This document shows, in pieces, positions 13,683 through 26,902 of a DNA stretch of 64,000 nt. The DNA comes from Azolla caroliniana. Taxonomy: Eukaryota > Plantae > Polypodiophyta. Position numbers and translations under genes: made by a program. The DNA lies in assembly GCA_043228905.1 (NCBI GenBank), contig JBHGNT010000010.1, forward strand, positions 7,812,001 to 7,876,000, read 5' to 3'. Below the pieces are notes generated by a model. That model did not search any database and had not been told where the DNA came from. It saw only the letters and a list, made by a program, of their open reading frames with translations. How positions within the stretch are numbered: position 1 is the first letter of the stretch; every line of letters starts with the position of its first letter.

Positions 13683-16600
13683 ATGGCCATGGCCATCTTC
13701 CCTTGGTGGCAGATTGCCACCGTCTCCATCCTTTTCCTGTGGATCCAGTTCGCACGTCGATTCTCCCTCGCCGTCTCCCTGCGATCCGTCCTCCGTCCCC
13801 CCGTCGCTCGACAAGTCCACAGTGGCATCTCTACCATCATTCGGTTCCAGGTACTGCACGTTCTCTCGAGATTTTCTAGAGAATCATTCTGAGTTACTCC
13901 TGCGCGGCCAATGACTAGTAATAAGGTGAAGGGGCTTGTGATGTGATTGATTTCTGGGGAAGGAAATCAACTGTGGTACAATGTGATACGTGTTCCCATC
14001 TAAAACGATTCATTTTTTATCCCTTATTCATTCAGACAGTTCTTTCTTACCTCTGAGTGCAGAGAAACGCAGCAAAATTTTCAAGGAAAATAGTTATTCT
14101 GCTTTTCTTTCCTCCATTTTTATCATGGTCTCATCATTCGAATGGAACCTTAGAAATTGACACATTCTGTAGCTTACCAACATGTTGGACAGTTCTTGGT
14201 TTGATGAATTTCGAGATATGGATATGATTGTCAAATACGGATTTCAGTTTTCAACAGTGTCTGAAACTGTAGGGAAATGCAAACAAACTAAGGTCTTTAG
14301 TTCTTTCTATTTTAAGTAGATATGGTTCATACGAGAATAAATGCTGCAAATTAAGAAGGAGAAACGAGGAAGGAGGAGGAAAGGAGAAGAATAAGAAATT
14401 GAGAAATTTCTAACTTAAAAGGAAAATAAAATATGTTCTAATTGTTTCACGATTGTTAATTAGAGGTTATGGGCTCATTTTTAGCTTTCGTTCGCTCTAT
14501 TATCACCAAGTATCATCTATTTTTATTTTTCTCGTCAAATCTCAACATCATCATTAAGTAACATGATTATCATGTGTTCATAAGTAGATTGTGTAGCGGG
14601 ATTGATTTGATAATTAAAAATTCCAAGTACTAAAAATGATCAAGTGGATGTTCAGCCTAAACTTGTTGAGATTTTCACAAATGATGCTTATGTTAATTAT
14701 TTGTAGCTTCGAAAACATAAAAATCTGTTTAAACAATATTGCTTGATTCTTAAAAGCACAGGTTTAACAAAAGCACTATAAAACCTGGAATTGAAGTGAT
14801 ATCTCAGGAATGTATCAATTTTCTTTATTGCAAAGTTTCATCCGTGGCTATTATTTAACTCTGGAACTTCCATTCAAGTTTCTTACATGCTTTTGAAATT
14901 CCAATCTCGAGTCACTGACATTAAAGAACTATTACTAGAACAAGAAAAAGTAGTTTTGAATTATCTCAGGAGATGAAGAGAAGCATGTTTATGTTTTCCG
15001 TTGTTTGCAGAAAATGCAGAGATACTCACTGGATGCACTTTTTGGTGTACTTGCAGTCCTTGTTTCTAAGGAGTTCTACACATTCTTTTTACCCTTTCTA
15101 TTTTGGGTAAATAGATTCTAAATCAGGAAAATGAAACTGTTCTGTTCTTGTCTTTTAATTGTCTCTTACATTCTTGCAATCTGGACTAGAGTGGACATTG
15201 TGGGCTTGCACGACAAATGACGTTGCTAATGGCTTTCAGCATTTACATTGGGAATTGCGTCAAGGTTTGTTCTTATGATTTTGTTGCCATTATAACGGAT
15301 TGTACGCTTATGTATGAAAGGGAGGTAATCGTATTTCATCCAATGTTGGTAATATAGATGTTTGTTCTGCAATGTAAGAGACATGCTGTAAGGTTGTCTT
15401 TCATCATTTAAACTCAAATTGTTTCTGTTATTGCTAGCTTAAAGAAAATTTACTGGGCATGTATTTAACACAAGAAAAGCTGTGACTGAAACAATGTCGT
15501 ACCAAAATGATCAAGTAGTGATGTAAGATGCAAAACCACACACGTACCGTGTCATATCCTTACCCCAAAAACAACGTGATGAAGATGACTCTGAAGTCAC
15601 ATCTCATTGCCTTGGCCCTTCCACATGACCTAGCAAGCAAATCTGCGGCTTGGTCATCGAGTTAGAGGTTGAATTTGGGGATCTGTAAATTGTTGGTGTC
15701 TATAGGGCTCGGATGCTGGGACATGCTGTAAGAGTACTGTTCCCTGGGAATTTTCAGACCTTCGACAGGGTGCACATGGATTTCATATGTGTGTCCCAGA
15801 GGCGCAGCTCATTGAAGGAAACTCAATGACTCTTCTATGTGGCCTACCAAGAACCTGGCAAGAGGCTGCCACAGTTTGTCATCTACTTCTAGCAGCTATG
15901 CCTGAAGTAACACCACTGACCATACAATGATGACCTGAAGAATACCTTTATCTCGGCCCTCCAGGAGCCCCTCCAAAATACACTCAACGTAATTGACTTT
16001 TTGGCCTTGGCTTTGATTCGGTTGTGGACATTTTTTGACATGGATTGCATCCAGATGCTTATTAGACAGTATAAGATAGATCTGGAGTAACATTTAATCA
16101 ACTTGTACATGGAGAATCTTGGAGATCTCCACCAACATCCTCGTTAATTTTCATCTTACTTGTCCGTTTTATTTTTTTCTCATGAGTTATCCCTATTTAG
16201 TTCCGGCTTCAATGTAAGCAAAACTTCACAGAGATTCATTGGTTCCATCTTTTGTTTTGAAGTTATTATAGTTAAATGAGGGTAACAACCACTGCCTTTA
16301 GATGCTACTATTTATTGTTATAGAAAAGGGAAATAATTTACCTATGCAAGACATTCCAAAGTGCTTTGTCTGATGCTTATACTGTTACATGACAATCTTG
16401 TCCTTCCCAAACAATGCAATTCAACACACACGAGTAGTAGAATCAATCTTATAGGATGTTTAATATGACAATGCTTTTTCGTATATTTCAACTTCTCTTG
16501 TACCATTTAAATAATGCCAAATATTGAGTTATTGCTGGTGGGATTGAATACCTAGAAGTTATGAACCTATGCCAGCCAACCAATTAGGGGTGTTCACTCC

Positions 16601-19600
16601 ATATTAGTTGCTAGTTTGCACAATTGATTATGAGTTTAGGAACCTAACCCAATTAATTGCGCCTTATATTTTGAGGAGTTGAGGAGAAGCTCATACCAAC
16701 CTAATTGCCACCCCCTACAACCAGGCATATTGGGTTGATTGAGAATTGTAATTGTAAAGAAAATAATGTAAAAAATAATTGATTGAATCTATCAGTTAAG
16801 CCATAAGACTTACCTCAAATCACATATCCTCAACTTTATACAGATGGAGTGAAACAAGGATGCCCACTATCACCCACTCCCTTTGGTCTTTATACAGATG
16901 TGGCATCTAATTACATGGAGAGATTGGATACTTCAGGGGCATGCTTGGGGAAAATAGCCATACTGAATCATTATAATATATTGTTGACATCATGTTGATT
17001 TTTGAATGTACAAAGGAACTACAAAGACATCTAGATACTTTAAAGTGATTTTGTACAGACAATGATTTGTTAGTAAATGTGATAAAACTAAAGTGATGGT
17101 ATTTGAAGCAATATTCACAAAGCTTCCCTGGGAAGCTGCCTGTGCTTGACCTTGTGAATATGCAACCTGGGAAGCCTCCCAAAGATGAGACCAGATTTCA
17201 GGGTACACTAATCTCTCCTTTGGTCTCATGAACCATTTTAACCTCTAGAAGAAAGAATTTGCCAATTGTGTCATCAAGGATTGGAATTCAAAGAGCACTA
17301 TGTTTGTCACTGTAGTGTCTTTTATGAAATAAGACGGAGATACCATTGCTTCTTTAAACAAGGCTTTGGCCCATTACACACAGTAATGGAATAGGAGGAC
17401 CGACGACGCCTAGGACTTTTCTTGCTAAAACTCAAGGACATAAGGAAAAGTTGTTGAAGGACAATAGTACAGCCACACAAAGAACAATCACAACTTTCTT
17501 TAGCCCCATCACTCCTACTAATGCTACAAGTCAATCAAGGGATACACAAATGGGCTCTTGACCAGGACATAACAAAAGGGGTTGCAATAGATCGGGCAAT
17601 AACAATTTGTGGTGCACGTAGACCCCGACCCCATGTATCACGACCTCAACACCCTTGTCATCGACAGGTAAAGGCCATTATCTCCCGCCATCACAGGTGC
17701 TTGGCTTGCTTCGGGGACCTCTCCATTCTAGATCAACCTATGCTAGAGATCTTTCGAAGACAAAAGTTATAATATATCTAACTTGAGAATCTTACATATG
17801 CTGAAAACCAGATTCTTTAGTCTCTTTTTATCTTATTTACTTTTGTATTTACTTAGTAATATTTATTTTATTTTGATTTGTTGTTCTCAAAGACGAGACA
17901 ACACACTTAAGATATAATCTCTTGTTTGGTCTTATAGGCTATTTCAGCCTCTTAAAAGACATTAATATATCTTTCTTTCTCATATCAATTAGAAATTGAG
18001 ATACGTAGATATGCATGCAAATCTATGGAAGAATGAATCTACCAATTGTGCCATTAGAGGATTTTAATTGGAAAAACACTTTGCATATGTATTGCTTGTT
18101 ATGAAAGAAAAGGGAGATACCATTACCTCTTGAACAAGGCTTTGGCCCACTATGCAAGATGATGAATATGAAGTCCAACAATGCTTGGGACTATTCTTGC
18201 TAGAACTCAAGAGACATTTAGAGAAGTTGTAGGACCACCTCAATGTGGCTGAATTGTTGTCCTTCAACAACTTTTCCTTGTTTTGCTTGAGTTGTAGCAC
18301 CGTTGGTCATCATATTCCATTATCTTTCACAGTGGGCCAAAGCCTTGTTTAAAGAGGCAGTGGAATCTCCCTCGTATCTCATAAAAAACACTACAGTGGG
18401 AAACATAATTTTCTTCAGATACCACGCCCTGATGACGCAATTGCCAAATTCTTTCTTCTGGAGGTATTCATGCATATCTGCCTACCTCAATCTCTAATTG
18501 ATGCGATGAAGTTCACAGCTGCCCTATGACACTGCCCAAGGGATAGGATAGATGTATGTTCTATAAGATGGCCTGATGATGAATCCATCCTCCGATGTGT
18601 ATAAAAACGGAGTCTTATAGTGGGCCATCTTTGTACCAATGTATATTTTGGGGCTGATTTATGTAATGTAATCTTGTTTTCCAAGTTAATAATATCAATT
18701 CGGGTCACTCTATTCTTTTCCGCTTTGATCATGTTTAGATGGGGTCAATCCAAGCTATATTAGAACGGGAGTAGTGCATTCATGCTTATGCCATGTGACT
18801 CGAACCATTGTTGCATTTCAGCATACCAACAATGAATGTCTCCAATGACATAAGTGCCAATCTTGAGTACCTTCCTTTAGGAAGCTCCCAAAGCTGCTGG
18901 ATACAGGTCACTGATTGGAATAATGCCTCGACGATTATAGGGGCTGCTCCCATCTCTGCTTGGATTATATCATGGGGCACCGATGCTTTGCTCCTATCAT
19001 GCAGGCAATCATGGGGACTAAAGGTCTCCCCAAATCTTCCTAGTTATTTTCCTTGTTAAGACTCAGTTCCCACGTTTCTACTCCATAGAGAAGATTTGGT
19101 GTCACAAGTGTATCAAATAGCCACAGTTTAGTTTGTGGCCCTTGGAACTGCAAATGTGCACATTGTCTTTTGAGATCACCAAGGGTTGCATATCCACGAG
19201 AAAGTCGGGCACAAGCAGCCTCCGTAAGGAGGAACTACGCCTGTAAATGGTACTCCAGCTTACAAATTCAATAAAAGTTTCTTTCCTTCAAAATAAATAC
19301 CCATGCTTAACTTCTACTTCGTCCCTCATGCACGAAAAGTCCGAGCCAGCTACAGAGTGCTGCTGCTCTGGGTCGCCTCAATCCCTTGGTAAAGAACCGC
19401 TCAATGGGTCTAGCTGAGCCTTTATTCATGGACACAAGCTTCTTTGTGTACCAGATTATGTTATACCATTGGATCGGAAAGTAGGCACTGCCGGCATAAC
19501 ATCGATCCTGCTATTTAGTATTCGCAGGTATGTGTAGGAGCATGTCTATGCAACATTTCCTCTCCAAAGAAGAAATTTGGTTCTGATCTTGTTACTCATG

Positions 19601-22600
19601 CTCGAGTGGTGTTAAAACACCATTTTAGTTTTATCCATGTTTATCGAAAAACCTACTTTTAAGGTGTTTAGATGTCTTCGTAGTTCCTCCGGAGAGTCAG
19701 AAATCAGCACAATATCATGAGCATATTGTAATATTTGTATAGCTATATCCACTAGGCATGCCCTTGAACCCCAAATCTCTCCATGTAATATGTACCTCAT
19801 CTATATGGAGGCAGAAAAGAGTGGGTGATAGTGGGCATCCTTCTTTCACTCCAATTGTGCTAGTAGACACAGCCTCTGACAAACCATTGGGAGACTGCAC
19901 TTTTCCAGACATGGATTCATACAATGCTTAGATTCTCCATTGCACATCTATAGTGTCAAAGGTTTTTTGGAAATCCACAAAGAAGCAATAAATCCTCCTT
20001 GTATGGGCTCTGCCATCCTCGATAAGGGCTCAGAGGGTCAATATGTGATTCATAGTTGTGAACCCCTTCTGAAAGTCTGCCTGCCAGCTGAAGGCAGCCA
20101 TTTCGCTCTCCCCATATGCTCAATTCTGACTCTAGGATTGAACCCTATAGTTTAACGAAGTAATGGCCAATCATGATTGTCTTGAGGATTGGCACAATGG
20201 TATGTTCTGTCCATCTAGTTAGGGAAACCCTCAATTAAAGATGTGTGCTAGCAATGGAAGCAAGATGTCATGGGCATAGAGAAGTTATTGGACAACAATA
20301 CAACCATAAAAGCTTATCAATAAAGAACAATCACAACTTTCTTTATCTTCATCAATGCTACAAACCATTCAAAGGCTACACAAGTAGGGGCTCGACCACA
20401 AAAGTCAAAAGGGGTTACAGTAGATTTGACAATAGCAATATTTTGTGCATATAAGCCATGTTCATTTGGACCACAGCCCTGCCACCCTTGTTATCAATAT
20501 AGATTGAGGTCATTATCACAGGAAACTGAAGATGCTTCCCTTAATTCAGAGACATTTCCATCTTGGATTAGCCTGCGTTAGAGATGTTTTGAAGGCAGAT
20601 GTTTTAGTCCTCCAAGCTTAGAATGCTAAGTGCTTAACTAACAATGTTATCTCATAATGTTAAGTAGTTTTACTAATTTAGTTAAATGTATTCTGGTTTG
20701 TTCTCAAAGATGAGACAAGATTTAGGGATACACTAATCCCTCCTTCGGTTTCATGGATAATTTTGGCCTCTTAAAAGACATTTATATATCTTTCTTTCTT
20801 TCTCTTTCTCTCTCATATCACTTAGAAATTGAGATACATAGATATGCATTCAAATCTATGGAAGAACAGATCTGCCAATCGTGCCATCAGAGGATGTTAA
20901 TTGGAAGAACACTTTGCCAATGTATTGTTTGTTATGAAAGAAAAGGGAGATACCATTGCCTCTTCAAACAAGGCTTTGGCCCACTGTTCTTGCAAGAACT
21001 CAAGAGGCATATGGAGAAGTTGTAGAAGAACCACAATAAAACCACAACAGGTTGTCAATAGAGAACTACCATGACTTCCGTCAGTTCCATCACTCATTCT
21101 ACAAGTCAACCAAGGGGTAAATTAGTGGTGTTTAGAATAGGACACTCTACAGTGACCATTTAGACCCCAGTTCCATCACCCTTGTCATCAATAAATAAAG
21201 GTCATCATCATCGGGTACTAAAGGCACTGTCCTTGCTTTTGAAATCTTTCTAGCTTTGAGCAGGCCATGTTGGAAGTTTTTAGTCCATTGGACAACTCCA
21301 TACATGGCTACCTTGTTACAACCTCACTCCAGTCATTAGTCTTGCCTTAAGCATCCCTTTCCTTGTGATCAAGGTAATGACTTTGGGCATGGCTAGCTTC
21401 CTTAGTGTCGAGGCATATGTACAAGGCCCAATAATGGATTCTCTGCCATGTGGCTGACGAGCTATTCTGGCTTCATGGAAGAGAGTTGCAGTCTGCAATC
21501 TGAACAGAGATCGAGTTTCTGAGATTAGTTTATCCTCGAAGAGTCACACCTTTTGTCTCTGCCATTGTAGCACGTGTCACCCAGGGAATAATGGCATGCT
21601 GACTTGATGTTATCCCCACCTTCTTTTGGCTTATCACTGACAGTGTCTACGGTTCCAAACTTAGTAGTGGTAACTAAACATGAGGGTTGTGCTCGTTATT
21701 GGACTTAACTCCAAAACCTTACAGCACAGCTGAAGACTGTGTTTCCAAATGCATTGCATTCCTTCCGTTTACGAGGATCCACAACATGTGAAGCCCTAAT
21801 AAGGTTTGTCTCGTTGCATTGAATTAAACCATATGCTCCATGGCTTGTGCAGTTTCCCATCAATTCCTTGGAGTTTCATTCTTGTTAACGTACTCCCCAA
21901 GTGGGATATCGAATACGTATTAGCTGCAGCATTGCATGGGTCGATGCATGTGGTGCTTAGAACACATTGTTTATAGTTGAGACTATTGGGGTATCTAACC
22001 ACCCATAACTTTTGTCTCGTAGTATGAGTGACAGTCCAGTGTTATACTATGTTTTCCACTGTGATATCTTTAATGAAATAAGAGGGAGATACCACTACCT
22101 CTTCAAACAAGGCTTTGGCCCATTGTGCAAGGTAATGGAATACGAAACCAACAATGCTTGAGCCTGTTCTTGATAGAACCCAAGAGACATCGGAGGAAGT
22201 GGTTGAAGGGCATCAACACAACAGCTTATCAATAAAGAACCATCACAGCTTTCTTTAGTGCCATCACTCATGCTACAAGTTAATCAAGTGATGTACAAGT
22301 AAGATATTGACCATAAGACTCGAAAAGAATTACATTAGATTGGGCAATAGCATATTATCATGCACACAGGCCAAGTCCATATGAACCATGCCACAATCAC
22401 CCTTGTCATCAATTGATAAATGCCATTATCACCTGCTACGGAAGAGGCTTCCCTTGGATCAGGGGTCTATATATCTTGGGTAGGTCCATATCCTAGATCT
22501 TTTGAAAGCAGACACATTAGTCCACTTTCGGAGAAGAATGAGATACCCTCTCCACAATCAGAAAAGAGCCATCATTGGGAATCATTAGGCGTTTGATTTG

Positions 22601-25128
22601 AAACTCATCAAGCACAATAATAGATTTAAGATGAGACGTCTTATGGGGCTTAGAAATGGGTCCAGCTGACCAAATTCACCTCGCTTTTTATCTTTATTTC
22701 AAGTTTGTTAATTTTCATTTCTTGAACAAGCAATACAACGTATATTGTTTTGGTCTCATAGGCAACATTGGCCTCTTAGATAGGCTAATATATTCCTTTA
22801 GGCTGTTATTCTTTCTTTTTCTAAAAGGGGAGTCTATTTAGAGTTATGTGTGGAAGAGTTAATTTATTATGTCTCTTGAATCATTAAACAAACCCAAGTC
22901 TTCAATTCTTGAATATCCTGAAATAATGTATCAATTTCAGGATGCTATTTCAGCACCACGGCCTCCCTCCCCACCTGTGCGGCGCTTCACAGCAACAAAT
23001 AGTGAGAAAGACTTTGCCCTAGAGTATGGTCTGCCCTCATCACATACTATTAACACTATTTGCTTATCAGGGTAACGTTACTAATGCAATTCCTAGCCTC
23101 ATTTTTGTTTATTGTGGTAAAAATATTTTTAGTATGTTCAAACTTTCATTTGGCAGGTATTTGTTGGTGCATATAATAAATCATGCTAACATAGCAGGAA
23201 ATTATGTAGCAATGACAATCATAATCTTTTTCAGTATCACTGTCTTCACTATATCAGGTGAGATATTCTTGAAGTGTAAGGTATATGGTTATTGTAATGA
23301 TTTCCATATGGAAAATGTTTATGGTCTCTCTTTTTTGCTATGTTGAGAAACTTGTTGCAGTGGTTCATGTACTTGGTATTACTTGATATAAGCTCAAATA
23401 AGAACCTTGTCCTTGCGACTGGACTACCCCAAATTATCACTGAAATGAAAATAAAATTCTACATACGATAGTGGTGATGAAAAGAGAACCACTTTATGGG
23501 AACGTAAATTTGCTTCCTCCAAAGGATCATTATTAATGTAATGATTCTATTTATCCAAGTTCCTTTTACTGAAATAACCGGATGTTCACAGCTACTCAGA
23601 TGCAAAGCAGAATCAGTTCCTAATATTTGTCGATTATACTTTTTGAGCTTTCATAATTACATCCTTAAAGTGAGGCATAGGAACCATTGATTGGTAGAGG
23701 TTATCTGTGTTACAATTATAGTTAGAGCTGATCATTTCGCTAATTCCTGGTCTGCTTATCCAGATATTCACCGCTAGCACAATACAAAGCGATTGCTGTA
23801 GGCTGGTCAAAAAGTTCCCACTCAATTTAGCAGCTAATTATTCAAGATGTTGGATATATTATCATGCCCATGCAAACTTTTGAGGTTATTGAAAGGCAAA
23901 ATATGAGAAAATCTACTGTCACAGAAACATTGCTTCACGGTTATTTATCTTTTCCATGGTATTGTGGCCCCAATATGTATAAAAGAGCATGAGGGTGACC
24001 ACACAAAATGCCTTTCGGCCATCACATAATAAAAAACTGTGAGAGATGAGAGTAGGGAATTTCACTGGAGGCCGAGGCAATGGCAGAAGACAATATACGA
24101 ATATCATTTGGTTAAATTGTAAATAGGAAATTTATGCTTTTCTGATTTCATTTAATTTAAGAGTTGATTCTTCTCATCATATGAAGGCAACCATGGTTTT
24201 AGAAGCTTCCTCACATGGTTGAAGTTCTCATACACCAATGGTTATGATTCTTGTAAACAGGAAGACTTTATTTGGGCATGCATTCTCCAATTGATATCGT
24301 AGCTGGGATAGCTATTGGAATTCTGCTTTTGGCATTCTGGTGTTTTATTGATGAGCCTTTGGATTATTTTATAATCAACGGAACGAATGGTAACAATTCT
24401 GATTTTACCTGTAGGAGCCCTTTTTCATTCATCTAAGTTGTTTTTTGCTTGTATCATAGTTGAGTACTTCTGGCCAAGCATTTCGTTACTTCTCTTGTTT
24501 GCATATCCGACTCCAGAGGTACCTACCCCTAGTTTCGAGTTCCATACTGCTTTTGTTGGTGTAGCATTGGGTGTGGTGAGTTCTTATGAAAAACTCATTA
24601 CATTCTAAAAAAGCATTAAAATTTGAGGATTTGATTTGATTTGAACCTTACACTTAAATTGTTTGCATCGATGAACTGAGTATGTGATTGATTTTCAAAT
24701 CTTATGAATTTCAGGTACTGGGTGTACACCGGACATACTCCATTTATCACCATGAAAATATTGAAAATCTTTTAGTTCTAAATAAGAACCTTATGCAATT
24801 ACTGAAGCGACTTGTGGTCGGTTTCCCTATTGTTCTCGCAGCTAAGGTCACAAGTAAAGAGCTTGCAAAAATTCTGTTGCCTCAAGCTTGTAATTTTCTT
24901 GGCATTCCAGTGAGATCTTCATTATATTTTGCAGCTAAGAATAATGATCCACCCACAAAACAAAACCAGCCAACCCTTGACAAGAAACCTAAAATCGTGC
25001 CAATTCCTTTCCTAGGACTAGAAAAACCTTTAGATATTGACACTGGTATCCGGTTAATTCAGTACACTGGTCTTGGTTGGTCTGTGGTAGAATTAGTTCC
25101 ACATTTGTTTGAATATTTAGGTTTGTAA
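13683..25128 (+). CDS. LPPD: Lipid phosphate phosphatase delta / sphingoid long-chain-base phosphate phosphatase (PAP2 family), 8 exons
   Basis: Phase-consistent GT-AG exons: 13683-13850, 15011-15106, 15190-15264, 22941-23071, 23157-23257, 24261-24389, 24460-24575, 24715-25128. PAP2 motifs K..ISAPRP, EYGLPSSH, GRLYLGMHSPIDI; also FAYPTPE.PTPSFEFH. Confidence 0.93.
16840..17790 (+). mobile_element. Degenerate RTE-type LINE fragments in LPP intron 3
   Basis: GVKQGCPLSP-like RT remnant at ~16845. C-terminal RYHCFFKQGFGPL remnant at ~17335. Confidence 0.7.
18250..20240 (-). mobile_element. Degenerate RTE-type LINE (RT to C-terminus) in LPP intron 3
   Basis: GVKEGCPLSPTLF (19715-19924), ILQYAHDIVLIS (19612-19800), IIQAEMG (18786-18980). 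C-terminal motif is inverted relative to neighbouring copies. Confidence 0.8.
21296..22050 (-). pseudogene. rrn16: Nuclear insertion of plastid 16S rRNA 3' half (NUPT), heavily decayed
   Basis: Collinear with reverse-complement 16S landmarks: GGCTACCTTGTTAC (1492R site), GTACAAGGCCC, CCATTGTAGCACGTG, plastid-type GGTTCCAAACT...CTAAACAYGAGGGTTG, GAATTAAACCA.ATGCTCCA, TCAATTCCTT.GAGTTTCATTCTTG, GACTA.TGGGGTATCTAA. Many C>T/G>A changes and indels. Confidence 0.9.
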
Positions 25129-26769
25129 TTCATTTAAAACAACAATATATTCGTTATTATTAATTTGTAAGTGTTTATATATATATACAGTTAGAGAGGT
25201 GAGAATCACATGGGAAGCAAGTCACTTGCTCCTTCTATATACAAGGCTTTTTTTGTAACTCCATTGTATCAATGTTTGGAAAAAATATGGAGGTGCATGC
25301 TTCATGCATAATAGTATAGATATTGCACCTTCTACAAAACCATCTTTTTTTAATAGGGAAATCATACTCCTGGATGCATGCTATAGCCACCCAACCATTG
25401 CTTCCATATTATTCGACTCACATTCTTCTTTTGAATGAGATGTGGTGCCAAGGCACAAGTGATTAGACATTGATTTTTCAAGATTTACCTTAGACAAGTT
25501 CATGAGTTAGAGTATCGTGTTATTGATGGAGAGAGAAATGTGCATGATTGGCAATGTGTGGTAATACTTGAATGTGTCGAAAGCTTAGGGAGATGCATTT
25601 TCTTAATAATCAATCAAATGGGTCGTTGGACCTTAGATGTCACTTCTAAATTTATAAGAGGAAGGGATGTATTAGGGCTTTATGTGAGGGGGAAATGGGC
25701 CAATGTAATAGAGGAGGTGAGTGTACATTTGTCCATATCTTTGAGGTTCTATTACTTTTGGGGTATTTACATATTTACCTTGGGGATATTTACATATTTA
25801 CTTTTGCTTGTTTCTAGAATGAATGGATTTGGGGGAGGTTTTGTGGTAGTACAATAGATGACAACTATAAGTTGTGCATTGATTTAGCCGTCCAACATGT
25901 TGAGTTGATATGTGATGTTATCAAGAATCTAATTTGGGCTAGTCAACTTGTCATGACATGGTGGGTTCAATAGTAAAAATGAATGGAAAGGCTAAGATTG
26001 CATTATATAAGATACAAAAGAGAAGAACAAAACCTAGTTCAAACGATAAAAATGATTCATTTGAATGAAAAGGGGAAAAAAGTTGCACTCACACACAAAA
26101 AGTACCTCTATTCATAGTAGAGGGAGAGAAATGTGCAACTTTAGAATGGGCTCTTTTTAACATTTGTAATGTGAAAGTAACCCTTTAGCATTTCCAATGT
26201 GTATAAATTTACAAGAGCTCTCATTTAAAAGGATCTTTTGGGTGCCCTAACGTTCGGGTTACCTTTTTATCATCATTCTCTCCCTTTACATTTACTAAGA
26301 GCCACTTTCCTCCATGTAGTTTTTTCACCTAATTGATTGTGATATAAATATTTCTTATAGTTAGTAATTATCTATTTAATTGAAAAACTTAATATGTTTA
26401 TTGTATAGTAATTACGTATTTAATTGAGACACCTTGTATGTTTCTTGTATTTCATTTTGCTAGTACTTCTGCTAGTCTTGAAGAACCACCAATGGGACCC
26501 CAAACTAATAAGTTCCCACTGGTGACCCAAGCCTAGAAAACCCAAAACACAGGCAATGAAACAATCAAAAGTAACACATCAAATCTAGCACTAGCCACCA
26601 TCCTCCAATCCATGTAAATGCTACTAACCTTAGTTGAAAGAGAATGGAGGTTTGCACCCTCAAGTAGTAATGTAAATGATAACAATAAGTCAACCAAGAT
26701 AACCAAGCCAATACCCCTATTTAAGGGGGTGTGCATGATACTTATGAATATATTGGAAAGTTCAAACGG

Positions 26770-26824
26770 ACCTTTTGTAACTTTGTTAATGTTGGAAATA
26801 ATACATAGTTTTCTCATCTTAAGA

Positions 26825-26902
<78 letters not shown>

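Noticed and set aside
15540-16140. Possible captured gene fragment in LPP intron 3
   Set aside because: Stop-riddled. It weakly resembles a retrotransposon gag (YQEPGKRLPQFV...LKNTFISAL), too weak to call.
21296-22050. Functional rRNA gene
   Set aside because: Partial, with many substitutions and indels in universally conserved positions, and located in a nuclear intron.
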